DNA of 64,000 nucleotides from Octopus sinensis (lineage: Eukaryota): positions 54,386,464 through 54,450,463 of the forward strand of contig NC_043011.1 in assembly GCF_006345805.1 (NCBI RefSeq). The letters run 5' to 3'. Both the position numbers and the translations under genes were made by a program. Numbering within the stretch: the stretch's first letter is position 1; each line of letters begins with the position of its first letter. Below the pieces are notes generated by a model that was not told the DNA's origin, made no database searches, and worked only from the letters and a program-made list of their open reading frames with translations. Below, one piece after another: positions 50,456 through 63,186 of this stretch.

Positions 50456-52821
50456 TGCATTTTCTGTGGCATCAGTACAGGTACTTTTTATGCGGTGCAA
50501 GCATGGGTGCTCTTTTTACGTGGTACTAGCATGGGTGCTATTCATGTAGCACTGACACGGATGCTGTTTACATGGTGCCAGCACAAAATTACTTGTAGCT
50601 ACACCAATTTACAGTTGAGACTAATCCAATTAGTGATACGATATACAAACGTCATTGATATATGTTTGTGTATGTGTGCATGTGTGTATATATCTTTTAT
50701 CTTTTACTTGTTTCTTTTTTGCTAAACCACTAAGTTATGAGAACATAAACACACCAACACTGGTTGTCAAGTAGTCGTGGGGACAAACACACACAAAATG
50801 TGATAAGCTTCTTTCAGTCTCCATCTACCAAACCCACCCACAAGGCTTCTGTCAGCCCAAGGCTATAGTAGAAGACACTTTCCCAAGGTGCCATGCAGTG
50901 GGACTGAACCTGGAACCATGTGGTTGCAAAGCAAACCTCTTACCACACAGCCACATCTGTGCCTATATGAAAAAAAAAAAAACAGCAGGATGAAATTGCA
51001 TAAGTTGGTCCAAAGTAAATTAGAGACTTGAAAGAGGGGAATAGCAATTACAGACAGGATAACAGACAGATGTGGAGGGCAATAAACTTGCACAGGATAT
51101 AGATATATCCTGCACATAATATAATAATATAATATAATAAATGTGCACAGGATATTAAGTAGACAGATGCACCAAGATAATAAACACTAAGGATACAAGT
51201 AAAACAGATTCTTTCGAATGCCCCTGTAGCTGCTCCCTAGAAATTGTTGATAACTTTTGTTACTGAAGGGAGTCAATTAATATTAACCCTTTAGTGTTCA
51301 CATTATTCTGCCAAAATTAATCCTTTTTTATCCAAATTGTTTTGAACTAATCATTCATTAATCTTGTAGTTATGAGATTTTGATGAGGAAGCTGTTAATT
51401 TTTAAAATGATATTGTAGGGTTGGTGTGAGAGACCAGATCTGGCCAGTTTGAACATAAAACAGGCAGAATACTTTTGGCTGGATATGGCCGGTTTAAATG
51501 CTAAAGGGTTAAAGATATATGTTCTGAAAGCACAGTAACCAAAATGATGGTTAGAAAAAGTTTAACACTTTGGTATTCAGATTATTGTCAAATTTAATGC
51601 TTATTTATTCACCTTGTTTGGTATCAGTTGTGCATTCAAGATTTTAATGATGTGCATGTTGTTACGAATGCAAAAAAGAAAAAAAACACTTTGATTTAAC
51701 GTTCACATGACGTGAACATCGTTCTGTTCATTTGAAAACGAAAAAAAATGGAAATAAAAAAACCAAGTCCTTCTTAAAACAAAAGAAAGATAAGAAGGAA
51801 AAAAAAGAAATCAGATAGTTTGTTCACTGAGAAAAAGAAAGAGGAAAAGAAAGGAAATATCCTTTAAAACGGGCAGCGGACATGGAAAACAGAAGAAAAC
51901 ACTTGAAATGATCAGAGCGCTGATCTGATATGAGGAGAGGTTGGCTTCATCGTTAATGAAGGGAAATAACCTAGAAATCACGATACACAGATATTGTTTT
52001 GAGCTGAGTGGGGGGTGCTAGATTCCCTTGTTTGAAAATATAAGGACACAGATTGTGTCGTATAGCCAGCTGGAGACGATGTCTCCTGGGGCTAAATTAC
52101 AGCAACATTCATCCTAAACCAGGACTGCCATGTTATGTTGGCAAACAATCTTTACTCCAGGTCTTGGGCTGCTTAACATCATTAAGGAGACAATAAAGGC
52201 CGCTCACTCAAGATGTCACAGTTAGATCCTCATCTGCTTCTTTTGCCCCACCCTCAACCCCAGGCTCTTTCATACCTTCACACTTCTCAACTTTTCATCT
52301 CTCTGATAGTCTTCATCCTCTTTCTCCTTCTTCTTCACTGTGTCATGCCATCTGGCTAACAAATGCGCCTACCTAAATTTAATATTCTATTCCATCGCTT
52401 GTACTCCTCTATCATTATCTTATCAAGACACGATCCTTCTTTTTGTACCACCTGACATCATTACCTACTCCCAGGCCTTTACTCTTTTCCCCACCTCTAT
52501 TACCATTCCCCAGCACTCAGTCTCTTTTTCTCTCACACAACAAACCTGCTGCTGTCATGACTGTCTCTCTTCCATTACTCCCTCCTGAAATGTCTTACAT
52601 GTAAGTAAGGATCAGATTCAATTCAAAGAGTCGTAACCCACTCGACTGCCATACAAGTAATATAGTCTTTAAGTTAAAGAGATACCGAAACAGACTCAGA
52701 GTATCAAGTGTCAGGAATCGTTACATACCATGGGGAAACATCATGGAAAGAAAAACTTATTTTCTTTGCTTTCCATTTATAAGCATGTTCGAGAGAGAAG
52801 ACTGCACAGGTATGTCATGTC

Positions 52822-53052
52822 GGCGGCGAGCTGGCAGAAACGATAGCACACCAGGCGAAATGCGTAGCCGTATTTCGTCTGTCATTACGTTGTGAGTTCA
52901 AATTCCGCCGAGGTTGACTTTGCCTTTCATCCTTTCGGGGTCGATATATTAAGTACCAGTTATGCACTGGGATCAATGTAATCGACTTAATACCTATGTC
53001 TGTCCTTGTTTGTCCCCCTCTGTGTTTAGCCCCTTGTGGGTAATAGAGAAAT
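52822..53052 (+). mobile_element. Full-length family-B SINE with a 14-bp TSD
   Basis: aggtatgtcatgtc at 52808-52821 and 53053-53066. Confidence 0.95.
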
Positions 53053-53286
53053 AGGTATGTCATGTCCAGTTAACAAATTCATATAAGGGAGATAATTCAC
53101 TGCTCATGAAGAAACAGAGAAATTTCCAGACGATCCACCCACCTCCTGCACTGTTTCTCTCAACACATTTTTGCACTCTTGCTAAATTCATCCATTCAAC
53201 TCAGCTCTTCTTTTATAATCACTCTCCCTCCTCTTCACCTTCCTGATCATGTTGTCTTCAACAAACAGAGATGTGAGTAAAGATGA

Positions 53287-53765
53287 AGGCGGCGAGCTGG
53301 CAGAATCGTTAGCATGCCGGGCGAAATTCTTAGCGGTATTTCGTCTACTGCTATGTTCTGAGTTCAATTCTGCTGAGGTCAACTTTGCCTTTCATCCTTT
53401 CGGGGTCGATTAAATAAGTACCAGTTACGCACTGGGATCGATATAATCGACTTAATCCCTTTGTCTGTCCTTGTTTGTCCCCTCTTTGTGTAGCCCCTTG
53501 GGGGCAGTAAAGAAATAGGTAGTAAAGACTGTTTATCGGCGAGCTGGCAGAAACGTTAGCACGCCGGGCAAAATGCTTAGCAGTAATTCGTCTGTCGCTA
53601 CGTTCTGAGTTCAAGTTCCACCGAGGTCGACTTTGCCTTTCATCCTTTCGGTGTCGATTAAATAAGTACCAGTTACACACTGGGCTCGATATTATCGACT
53701 TAATCTGTTTGTCTGTCCTTGTTTGTCCCCTCTGAGTTTAGCCCCTTGTGGGTAGTAAAGAAATA
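53287..53765 (+). mobile_element. Two tandem family-B SINEs
   Basis: Heads at ~53287 and ~53537. Confidence 0.9.
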
Positions 53766-54154
53766 TATCCTTGCAGAGCACAAAGCAACTTCTCCTGTGG
53801 TGGTGGCCACGATAAAATGCCCTCAGTACATTCTGTAACTGAATGACAACAAATGTAAGGTGGAGAGGACTTTAGCCTTGTAGAAAACATAACATCCTCT
53901 GCAGTGTTGATATCACAGTAAAATTAATCCAATAGACTCTGCAAAGTTGTTGATGATAAAAGAGATCTCTAGGCATAGAAACCAAGCTAAAAATGGAATA
54001 GATGAATGAGATATGGCATGTTCTTCCAGTCTGGCTAAATGAACAGGAACTTAGATCAACAGCTGAATCACACTCGTCCAGCCCATGCCAGCTAACTGTG
54101 GTTTTGGTATGTCTAGCATAGGGGCCATCATATACTCTTTTTTTACTCTTTTTA

Positions 54155-54490
54155 CTTATTTCAGTCATTTGACTGCAGCCATGCTGGAGCACCGCCTTTA
54201 GTCGAGCAAATCGACCCCGGGACTTATTCTTTTTGTAAGCCCAGTACTTACTCTATCAGTCTCCTTTTGCCGAACTGCCAAGTGACAGGGACGTAAACAC
54301 ACCAGCATCGGTTGTCAAGCAAACACAGACACACAAACACACACACACATACATATATACGACAGGCTTCTTTCAGTTTCCGTCTACCAAATCCACTCAC
54401 AAGGCATTGGTCGGCCCGGGGCTATAGCAGAAGACACTTGCCCAAGATGTCACGCAGTGGGACTGAACCCGGAACCATGTGGTTGGTTAA
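54155..54490 (-). mobile_element. Family-A SINE
   Basis: Homologous tail and most of the head. Confidence 0.85.
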
Positions 54491-54640
54491 TTTTAAAAGC
54501 TTGTAAGGTTTCCTTGTATATATGATCTGTGATGGTATGAAGTGCATTGATTTGTGCTTGTTGTGGTTTATTCCACTTTGATCGGGATCCAAGATAGGAC
54601 CAGCATATTCCGTTGTTGGTTACCATCTTTTGTTTATACA

Positions 54641-55041
54641 TCACTAGCAGTATCGCCCGGCGTTGCTCGGGTTTGTAAGGGAAATAACTATATAAGCATT
54701 TTTAGAGATGTAAAGTATAATAGCCATCCTCAATATGGCTAACTACAAAGGGGGGGTGTTACTGTAGCTTTTTACGTTCTGAGATTAATAATTACTTTTT
54801 AGAGAGTTACTTCCCTTATATATACCAAAAATGCATTAAAAATGGGAAAAATTGATGGTAAATTTTTTTTTTATTCGTAGACTCATCGTAGACGCGCGCT
54901 AATACCCAGAAGGGCTCGATATGAATCACGACTATAAGATACCCGATTTTGGTTAAACTGCACCGCAAAATGTGGGAGTAGTTAGGAATCTAAATCGTAG
55001 GAGACAGACACCACACAACCTCACTTTTATATATATATAGA
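54641..55041 (+). mobile_element. Non-autonomous Helitron/Helentron-type element (Lep1/HINE-like), ~400 bp
   Basis: 5' A|TC ACTAGC terminus followed by the subterminal palindrome CCCGG-CGTTG-CTCGGG; 3' AGTAGTTAGG...ACAGACAC...TTTTATATATATAG(A)|T; no TSD. Confidence 0.75.
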
Positions 55042-55199
55042 TTAACCTTTTAGTGTTTAGACCAGCCATACTTGGCCAAAATATTCTGCCTGTTTTAGGT
55101 TCAAACTGGTCAGATCCAGCCTCTCACACCTACCTGGCAGTGCCACTCTTAAATATAAACAACCACATCATCGAAATCTCATAGCTATGAGATAATGCT

Positions 55200-55412
55200 C
55201 TTACTTATTTTAGTCATTTTGACTGTGGCCATGCTGGAGCACCGCCTTTAGTCGAGCAAGTCGACCCCAAGACTTATTCTTTGGAAGCCTAGTACTTATT
55301 CTATCAGTCTCTTTTGCCAAACTGCTAAGTTACGGGGATGTAAACACACCAGCATCGGCTGTCAAGCGATGGTGGGGGGACAAACAGACACACAAACATA
55401 CACACACACACA

Positions 55413-55485
<73 letters not shown>

Positions 55486-55675
55486 TATACACACACACAC
55501 CATATATGACGAGCTTCTTTCAGTTTCTGTCTACCAAATCCACTCACTCACAAGGCTTTGGTCGGCCCGAGGCTATAGTAGAAGACACTTTCCCAAGGTG
55601 CCATGCAGTGGGACTGAACCTGGGACCAAGTGGTTGGTAAGCAAGCTACTTACCACACAGCCACTTCTGTGCCTA
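55200..55675 (-). mobile_element. Family-A SINE
   Basis: Homologous tail and head with a long (TA)n. Confidence 0.9.
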
Positions 55676-55759
55676 TGCATGATTAGTTTAAAACAATGTG
55701 CATAAATATGCATTACATTTGACAGAGGAACTTGAATGCTTAAGGGTTTACCCAGTTAT

Positions 55760-56110
55760 GCATGGCCGAAATTGAGACCTCCCTTCGATCATGGCTGACC
55801 GTGGGATTGCACCTAGAAAGTTACCCTCCCAGGCACAAGTCAGGGCAAGGTTGTTTATGGAAGACCAGCAGTCACCCATGCATACCAGCCTCCCCTCTCC
55901 ACGCCACTGATGTTACCCAAGGGAAAGGCAACAGCAGATACAGTTTGGCACCTGTGACGTCGCAACTCATTTCTACAGCTGAGTGAACTGGAGCAATGTG
56001 AAATAAAGTGTCTTGCTCAAGAACACAACACGCAGCCTGGTCCGGCATTTGAACTCATAACCTCACGATCGTAAGCTCGACACTCTAACCACTGAGCCAT
56101 GCGTCTTCAC
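55760..56110 (-). mobile_element. Family-E SINE
   Basis: Minus strand GAAGACGCATGGCTCAGTGGTTAGAGTGTCGAGCTTACGATCG, with a tRNA-like head. Confidence 0.85.
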
Positions 56111-56221
56111 TAAATAGTCTACCTGCTTTATGTTCAAGCTGGCCAGATTCAGCCTCTCATGCAAACCCTACAATGTCATTCTAAAAATACACAATAAACA
56201 TCATTGAAATTTTGAAGCTAT

Positions 56222-57324
56222 TGTAGCAATATCGTTACTCATTGCTATCTTCACTGTTTGAGAAGAGTATTAAGAATAATCTCGTTCAAGATTACAAACA
56301 TCTCGGCTAGTTTAACATTGTTGTAAACACTAATTCGATTGGCTGACACGTGGTCTCTACTACGTTCGCACCGCTGGTTGTGACGTGACGCGATTTGCCT
56401 CCGCTTATTTCGCGCCATTGTTCCAAGCAGCCAATCACAGCTTTCCATTTCTGAAGTTAGTTTTGAGCCACATAAACCTTATAAAAAGTGTTTCTCAGAC
56501 AATATCCGTCTTAGGTTTTTAGTTCTTTTCAGACTAACTCTGACCACAGAGTTCGTCTTTGGTTCTAGTCCTTCTCATTCTCAGGCTAACCCTCTGACCA
56601 CACAGAGCATACTCGACCATGTTCCAGTTCGAAAGGCAGGTGACCACCATTAATACAAATGTTACAGATACTTCTCAACTGTTAGTGTGAAAATATCACC
56701 ACGAAAAGAACGGTTACAGGATATCTATACTAGAGAAAAATAACAAGCAGAATATATAATGAAGACACACAGCAAAAAACCAAGCGACAGACACAACTCA
56801 TCGCCAAACATCGTCTCTATCTACTAAGGTTTAATTCATACACAAGACAACTACAGATTCAACTATAGCGGTTAGGTGAAAATATCACCACGAGAAAAAC
56901 GGCTACAGTTAACACATCTGGAAGTATATTCATATCAAGAGAAAGATAAACACAACAAGTGATTCAATTAATCTCAACTACGAGACGCAACATCTTGGTA
57001 TGGAACTCTTACCCTCCGTGTACCTCATAAACGGTAAATCAATTATCTGTCTTGAGTTCTAGTTCTTCTAAGAACTACCTTAAGCCATCTGCTACAACCT
57101 GTTGCTAGGCCGATACCAACAACATGAACTGTGAACCAAATTCCATTGTTATTTCTCTGGTCAGTACCTTTTATGCCTCACGAACGCACAGACACAAAAA
57201 CATGCTAACACTTACAAACTTCCAACATCAAGCATGATTGTAAAATATGTAAAATAAATAATGTATATATCTCAAAAAGAATCTTGTGTCATTCCACTTG
57301 TGTTTTGCCGCGGTATGTATTATC
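56222..57324 (+). promoter_or_regulatory. Pol II promoter-like module, probably a retrotransposon LTR, running into the gap
   Basis: TGTAG at 56222, GATTGGCTG 56337, CACGTG 56347, TGACGTGACG 56381, TTTCGCGC 56408, CAGCCAATC 56428 and TATAAAAAG 56480. An internal ~38-bp direct repeat lies at 56681 and 56871. Confidence 0.45.
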
Positions 57325-57424
57325 NNNNNNNNNNNNNNNNNNNNNNNNNNNNNNNNNNNNNNNNNNNNNNNNNNNNNNNNNNNNNNNNNNNNNNNNNNNN
57401 NNNNNNNNNNNNNNNNNNNNNNNN
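57325..57424. other. Assembly gap (100 N)
   Basis: Run of N. Confidence 1.
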
Positions 57425-57938
57425 CCCAAAAATTTCGGGCCTTGTGCCTAGAGTAGAAAAGAATATTTGAAATCCATATTACATATAAATTCACTTATGA
57501 ATGTACTTATCCATCTATGTAATAATTTAATTTTCTGTCTGTTTACATACCTAAATGTTTATATAATAATGTGCACCTTCCAAGCGTTGGGCCTCATGGA
57601 GGCAATGACAAATGACCGACACCTTTGGCAACATGCCATGCTCAAGAAGAAGACCTACCAAGCCAAGCGAAATTGTAATTGTGGCAGATACTGGTGTCAT
57701 GCAATTGGCACCTGTGCCAGTGGGACACTAAAGCATCCATTATTCTCTCGAAGTGGTTGGCATTAAGAAGGGCACCCAGCCACAGAAAACATGCCAGATC
57801 AGACAGGAGTCTGGTGCAGCCCCCCATCTTACCAACCCTGGTCAAACTGTCCAACCCATTCCAGAATGGAGAACAGATATTAAATGATGATGATGATGAT
57901 AATGTGTGTGCATGCATGTATGGTGTATATACATACAG

Positions 57939-57981
<43 letters not shown>

Positions 57982-58764
57982 TCTTCCCTTCGGCTTTCCA
58001 ACCAAGTTCCATTCCAGCTGACAGCTCATAAGTCAAACTGGTCGTAAGTTGAACTGGCCATATGTCAGATTTATATTTTTCAACATTATTTTCATTCAAA
58101 CAGGTTATAAAAAAATGCCCTTCCGAATGCCAACCACTTCACAGTATGGACTGGATGCTTTTCACATGGCACCATCACAAGCAGGGTCACCAAGTAACTT
58201 GCAAGACAAGGAATTTTAAGAGGGGAGGGGACACTGAAGGAGGTGAATTTGTATCAGATGTATAATATAGACATACACTCGTGTGTTCCCATCATATGAC
58301 GAGCAACTTTGGAAGTATAATTATCCTGTCTGGAGCGAGAACTGCAGGATCAGAGCAACGGTTTGTGTGCTCGCTCGATAGAGCAGTGGTGCCAGGCTGC
58401 CTCTGAGCGACAACGGCTGAATGCCTCTAAGCCACAACCGTAGCCAGACCCAAGGTGTTTTCCAAAAGCGTCTCAACCTCAAGGCGCATGCCTTAGCTCA
58501 GCGTTTGCTGTCTGCCCGTCACGTTCACGCTGCAAGTGGCAGCGTCACCGGCAGAATTGCCATTTTGGGACATCGGCGGCAGCGGTGATTCCACCGTCAT
58601 TGTCGTCGTCAATGTCCCACCCAACTTGTTCGAAGAGATTGAGGCGAAAAGGATCGCTTGCATATGACTCGACTTGCCGTTCAGAGTGACATGCTTAGTA
58701 GAGCAGCTACCACACTGCGATCTATTGAGTCTCTTCTCGCGAACAACACGATCTGCTTCTCTAT

Positions 58765-58928
58765 AGGCACAGGAGTAGCTGTGTGGTAAGTAGCTTGCCT
58801 ACCAACCACATGGTTCCAGGTTCAATCCAACTGTGTGACACCTTGGGCAAGTCTCTTCAACTGTAGCCTCAAGCCAACTAAAGCCTTGTGAGTGGATTTG
58901 GTTGATGGAAACTGAAAGAAGACCGTCA

Positions 58929-58959
<31 letters not shown>

Positions 58960-59155
58960 CTGTGTTTGCCTTTCCACCCTCCACCATCGCTTGACAACCG
59001 ATGTTAGTGTGTTCACATCCCTGTAATTTAGCGGTTCAGCAAAAGAGACCGATAGAATAAGTACTAGGCTTACAAAGAATAAGTCCTGGGGTCGATTTGT
59101 TCGACTAAAGGCGGTGCTCCAGCATGGCCACAGTCACATGACTGAAACAAAATAA
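58765..59155 (+). mobile_element. Family-A SINE
   Basis: ggcacaggagtagctgtgtggtaag...cagtcacatgactgaaacaaaataaaa. Confidence 0.9.
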
Positions 59156-60139
59156 AAAGCCAAAAAGCCATAGATAATATCATAGAATATAGCATGCATA
59201 GAATAATTATAATAATTTATGTAGAGTGTGATCTGAAATGATGATTTGCATATTTGGTGGTAATATGTTCCAGCAGATTCAAACACAAATATACTAGTCA
59301 CTGTTGTGTATGTCACAGGAGAACAACTTTTTAAAGTAACAATGTGTTCATAATGCACTAGAAATATTGCTGCAAGGGATTCTGGGGCATATTGTGTCTC
59401 AACAGCCAGCAGTACTGGAACCTCTTGTACTTAAACAAGTCACAAGCTTTGTTTATAATTTCAGTGAACAAAGCTGTTTCCTGATCAGTGCTTATATCTA
59501 CCAGCCGCTAAAAAAAATTCGTCATTTACAGTTTGTATAATGAAATCTGAAACACTGATTTGCATATTTATTCTTGATACATTCTGGCAGATTCAAATGT
59601 AAATATGCTAGTCACTCTTAAGTGTGTCACAGGATGTGTTTATGAAACTTAAAATAAAATTCACTTGGAAACTGTTAAAATCTTCACACTTCAAAAGAAA
59701 AAAAATTGATTAATTTTAACAAGTTTATCTTGATTTCTTTTTCTTTACATTCACTAAATTAGAAATATTATTCAACAACGAAAAAGTACCAATATAAGAA
59801 ATATTGGTATACAAAGACAATATTATTCAACTATAAAATTATTTATTCAAATTATTAAGTTGCCTTCTTTAAGAAAATTTTCTTTTGTTCAATTTTAAAA
59901 AATAGAAACTTTTCATCGATGTCTTTTTATGATTTCATCGATCTTATATTTTTTTTATCTGTTATTTGTCTCAGTTGTTAGACTGTGGCCATGCTGGGGC
60001 ACCGCTTTGAAGAATTTTTAGCCAAATGAATCAACCGCAGTACTTTTTATTGATCTTTTCTTTTACACTTGGCTTTTCTTCTATCGAGTGACGCCTGTTG
60101 ACCCTACAAGGCCCAAAAAGCCTGACACTTATTCTTATT

Positions 60140-60368
60140 TCTTTACTGCCCACAAGGGGCTAGATACAGAGGGGACAAACAAGGAGAGACAAATGGATTA
60201 AGTCGATTATATCGACCCCAGTGCGTAACTGGTACTTATTTAATCAACCCCTGAAAGGATGAAAAGCAAAGTCGACCACGGTGAAATTTGAACTCAGAAC
60301 ATAGCAGCAGACGAAATACCGCTAAGCATTTTGCCCGGCGTGCTAACGTTTCTACCAGCTCACCAAAA
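60140..60368 (-). mobile_element. Family-B SINE
   Basis: Full body and head on the minus strand. Confidence 0.85.
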
Positions 60369-61169
60369 CAAATAAATGGAGCTTGGTGTAGCTCTCCAGC
60401 CTTGCCAGCTCGTGTTGAATTGTCCAACCCATGCCAACACTGAAAATGGACATTAAATGATGTGGATGAGTACATATTATTGGTCATTAATATTCTAATA
60501 GATCAAGACATCAAAGACTATATGTGATCTATATTCTATTGAGCAACTCCTCTTGACCCCTACAAGGTCAGTGAGATCTCAATGTATAGCTGCTACCACC
60601 CTGTCTGTGCGTATGTGAGTGCCCTTGCCTTCACTGTCATCATCACATTTTTAAAGCCTGGTACTTATTTTATTCTATCACTTTGCCAAACCGCTAAGTT
60701 ATGAGAATGTAAACACACCGACACTGGTTGTCAAATGGTGGTGGAGGACAAACAAGGACACGCACGCACACACACACACACACAAATATGTACAATGGAC
60801 ATCTTTCAGCTTCTGTCTACCGAATCCTCTCACAAGGCTTTGGTCAGTTCGAGGCTATAGTAGACGACACTTGCCCAAGGTGTCACGCAGTGGGACTGAA
60901 CCCAGAACCATGTGGTTGGGAAGTAAAATATTTCTTTTTTTTTTTGCCTATAAACATTATTTTCAACCCCTATGCCTCACAACATTGCCGTTCCACCCGC
61001 ATCAGTTCTACAGTACCAACCAAAACAATAAAATACAAGAACCACAGAGGTCGTTCATATTGCTAGAAAATAGGCACATGATCAAGTAATAAAGATGTAT
61101 ACATCTCAATCATAAAATTGTGGGTTCAATCCTACTGTACAGTACCTTAGGTGCCCTTCTACTATTACC

Positions 61170-61325
61170 GCGTGTGGTAAGCAGCTTGCTTACGAACCAC
61201 ATGGTTCCGGGTTCAGCCCCACTGTGTGGCACCTTGGGCAAGTGTCTTCTACTATAGTCTCGGACCAACCAAAGCATTGTGAGTGGATAGGGTAGACGGA
61301 AACCGAAAGAAGCCCATCGTATATA

Positions 61326-61384
<59 letters not shown>

Positions 61385-62050
61385 GTATGTATTTATGTAT
61401 GTATGTGTGTGTGTATATGTTTGTGTGTCTGTGTTTGTCCCCCACCATTGCTTGACAACCGATGCTGGTGTGTTTACGTCCCCGTAACTTAGCGCTTCGG
61501 CAAAAGAGACCAATAGAATAAGTACTAGGCTTACAAAGAATAAGTCCCGGGGTCGATTTGCTCGACTAAAGGCGGTGCTCCAGCATGGCCACAGTCAAAT
61601 GCCTGAAACAAGTAAAAGAGTAAAACAGTAAGTGGAATTGGGTTACAAGAAATATCGGTCATTAATCCTTTAGCATTGAGGTTACTCTGTCAAATATAAT
61701 GCTTGGCTGATCAAAGCCTTGTGAGTGGATTTGGTAGATGGAAACTGAAAGAAGCCCATCATATGTGTGTGTGTGCGTGTGTGTATGTGTGTCTATGTGT
61801 GTATGTATGTATATATGTGTGTGTGAGTCTCTGTGTCTGTTTGTCTCCAAATCACTGCTTGAAAACTGGTGTTGGTGTGTTTCTGTCCCCGTAACATAAC
61901 AGATCAGTAAAAGAGACCAATAGAATAAGTACTAGGTTTGAAAAAAAAAACAAAAAGCGTCCCGGGGTCGATTTGTTCGGCTAAAACCCTTCAAGGTGGT
62001 GCTCCAGCATGGCCGCAGCCAAATGACCAAAACAAGTAAAAGAATAAAAG
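61170..62050 (+). mobile_element. Two family-A SINE copies (61170-61620 and 61705-62050)
   Basis: Homologous heads and tails. Confidence 0.85.
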
Positions 62051-62051
62051 A

Positions 62052-62084
<33 letters not shown>

Positions 62085-62534
62085 GATTTATTTTTTTCTT
62101 CTGTAGAATACCAAACACACACACACACTTACACACACATAGACACACAGACAGACATACAGTCAGAGATACACAAGCAGGTAATAAGTATGTATGACCA
62201 AACAAGTACTCACGTTACAAAATTATTCACGTGTTGCATAGAGTCCTCATAGTTTTTCCCACCGACTTCTTGACAATGTACGGCCAAGAATCGCGGCTCA
62301 GTCCGATGCAAGCACTGGAAATGGAAACAAGAAAGTATCTTGAAGTAGAGCATCAACAACAAAGGATTAGATCCGTGAGGATCAGATTAGGCTCGGGGGG
62401 TGGGGGATGATCTTGTCGCAAATATGATGAAGACAGAATATGAATCCATTAATAAAAAGAATGATATCAGCATTGTATGTGAGTATACAAATACACACAC
62501 ACACATGCATGCATATATATATACATATATATAT

Positions 62535-62570
<36 letters not shown>

Positions 62571-62589
62571 CATTATGATATATATATAT

Positions 62590-62637
<48 letters not shown>

Positions 62638-62673
62638 TATATACATATATACATATATATATATATAATATAC

Positions 62674-62704
<31 letters not shown>

Positions 62705-62735
62705 CATATATATTATATATATATATATATATAGA

Positions 62736-63034
62736 ATGGTTGTATACTGTCAATCTAACATGAATGTGACAGTAGTGGGGTACACCACGCTGTATAGCCC
62801 TAGGAAGCATCGACGCCTCCCGATGGCTTTGACACAATTTTCCCTGTGTCCTTATATACATTTACGAAGGGGAGACAAACACGGCCAGGGGTGTTTGTCT
62901 CCCTTCGTAATGTATAAGGACACAGGGAAAAATGTGTCAAAGCCATCAGGAGGCGTCGATGCTTCCTAGGGCTATACAGCGGTGGTGTACCCCACTACTG
63001 TCACATTCATGTTAGATTGACAGTATACAACCAT
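62736..63034. mobile_element. Palindromic MITE/foldback element (~147-bp arms, 8-nt loop) embedded in (TA)n
   Basis: 62736-62882 is the reverse complement of 62891-63034 apart from a few indels and substitutions. The loop is ggccaggg, and (TA)n flanks both sides. Confidence 0.85.
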
Positions 63035-63186
63035 ACTATATATATATATATATATTCAGAGAGAGAGAGAGAGAGAGAGAGCAAATCAAAAGAAAGAAGA
63101 ACAACAAACAGACAAATAAAAACAACAGAGCAAGAATGTGGTACATGTAAAGTATTAGAAAATGCTCAGGGAAGGAAATACAGATG

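Noticed and set aside
62810-62875. C(C/T)GATGG...GAAG inside the palindromic MITE as a hammerhead
   Set aside because: A9 is G and there is no stem III or cleavage triplet.
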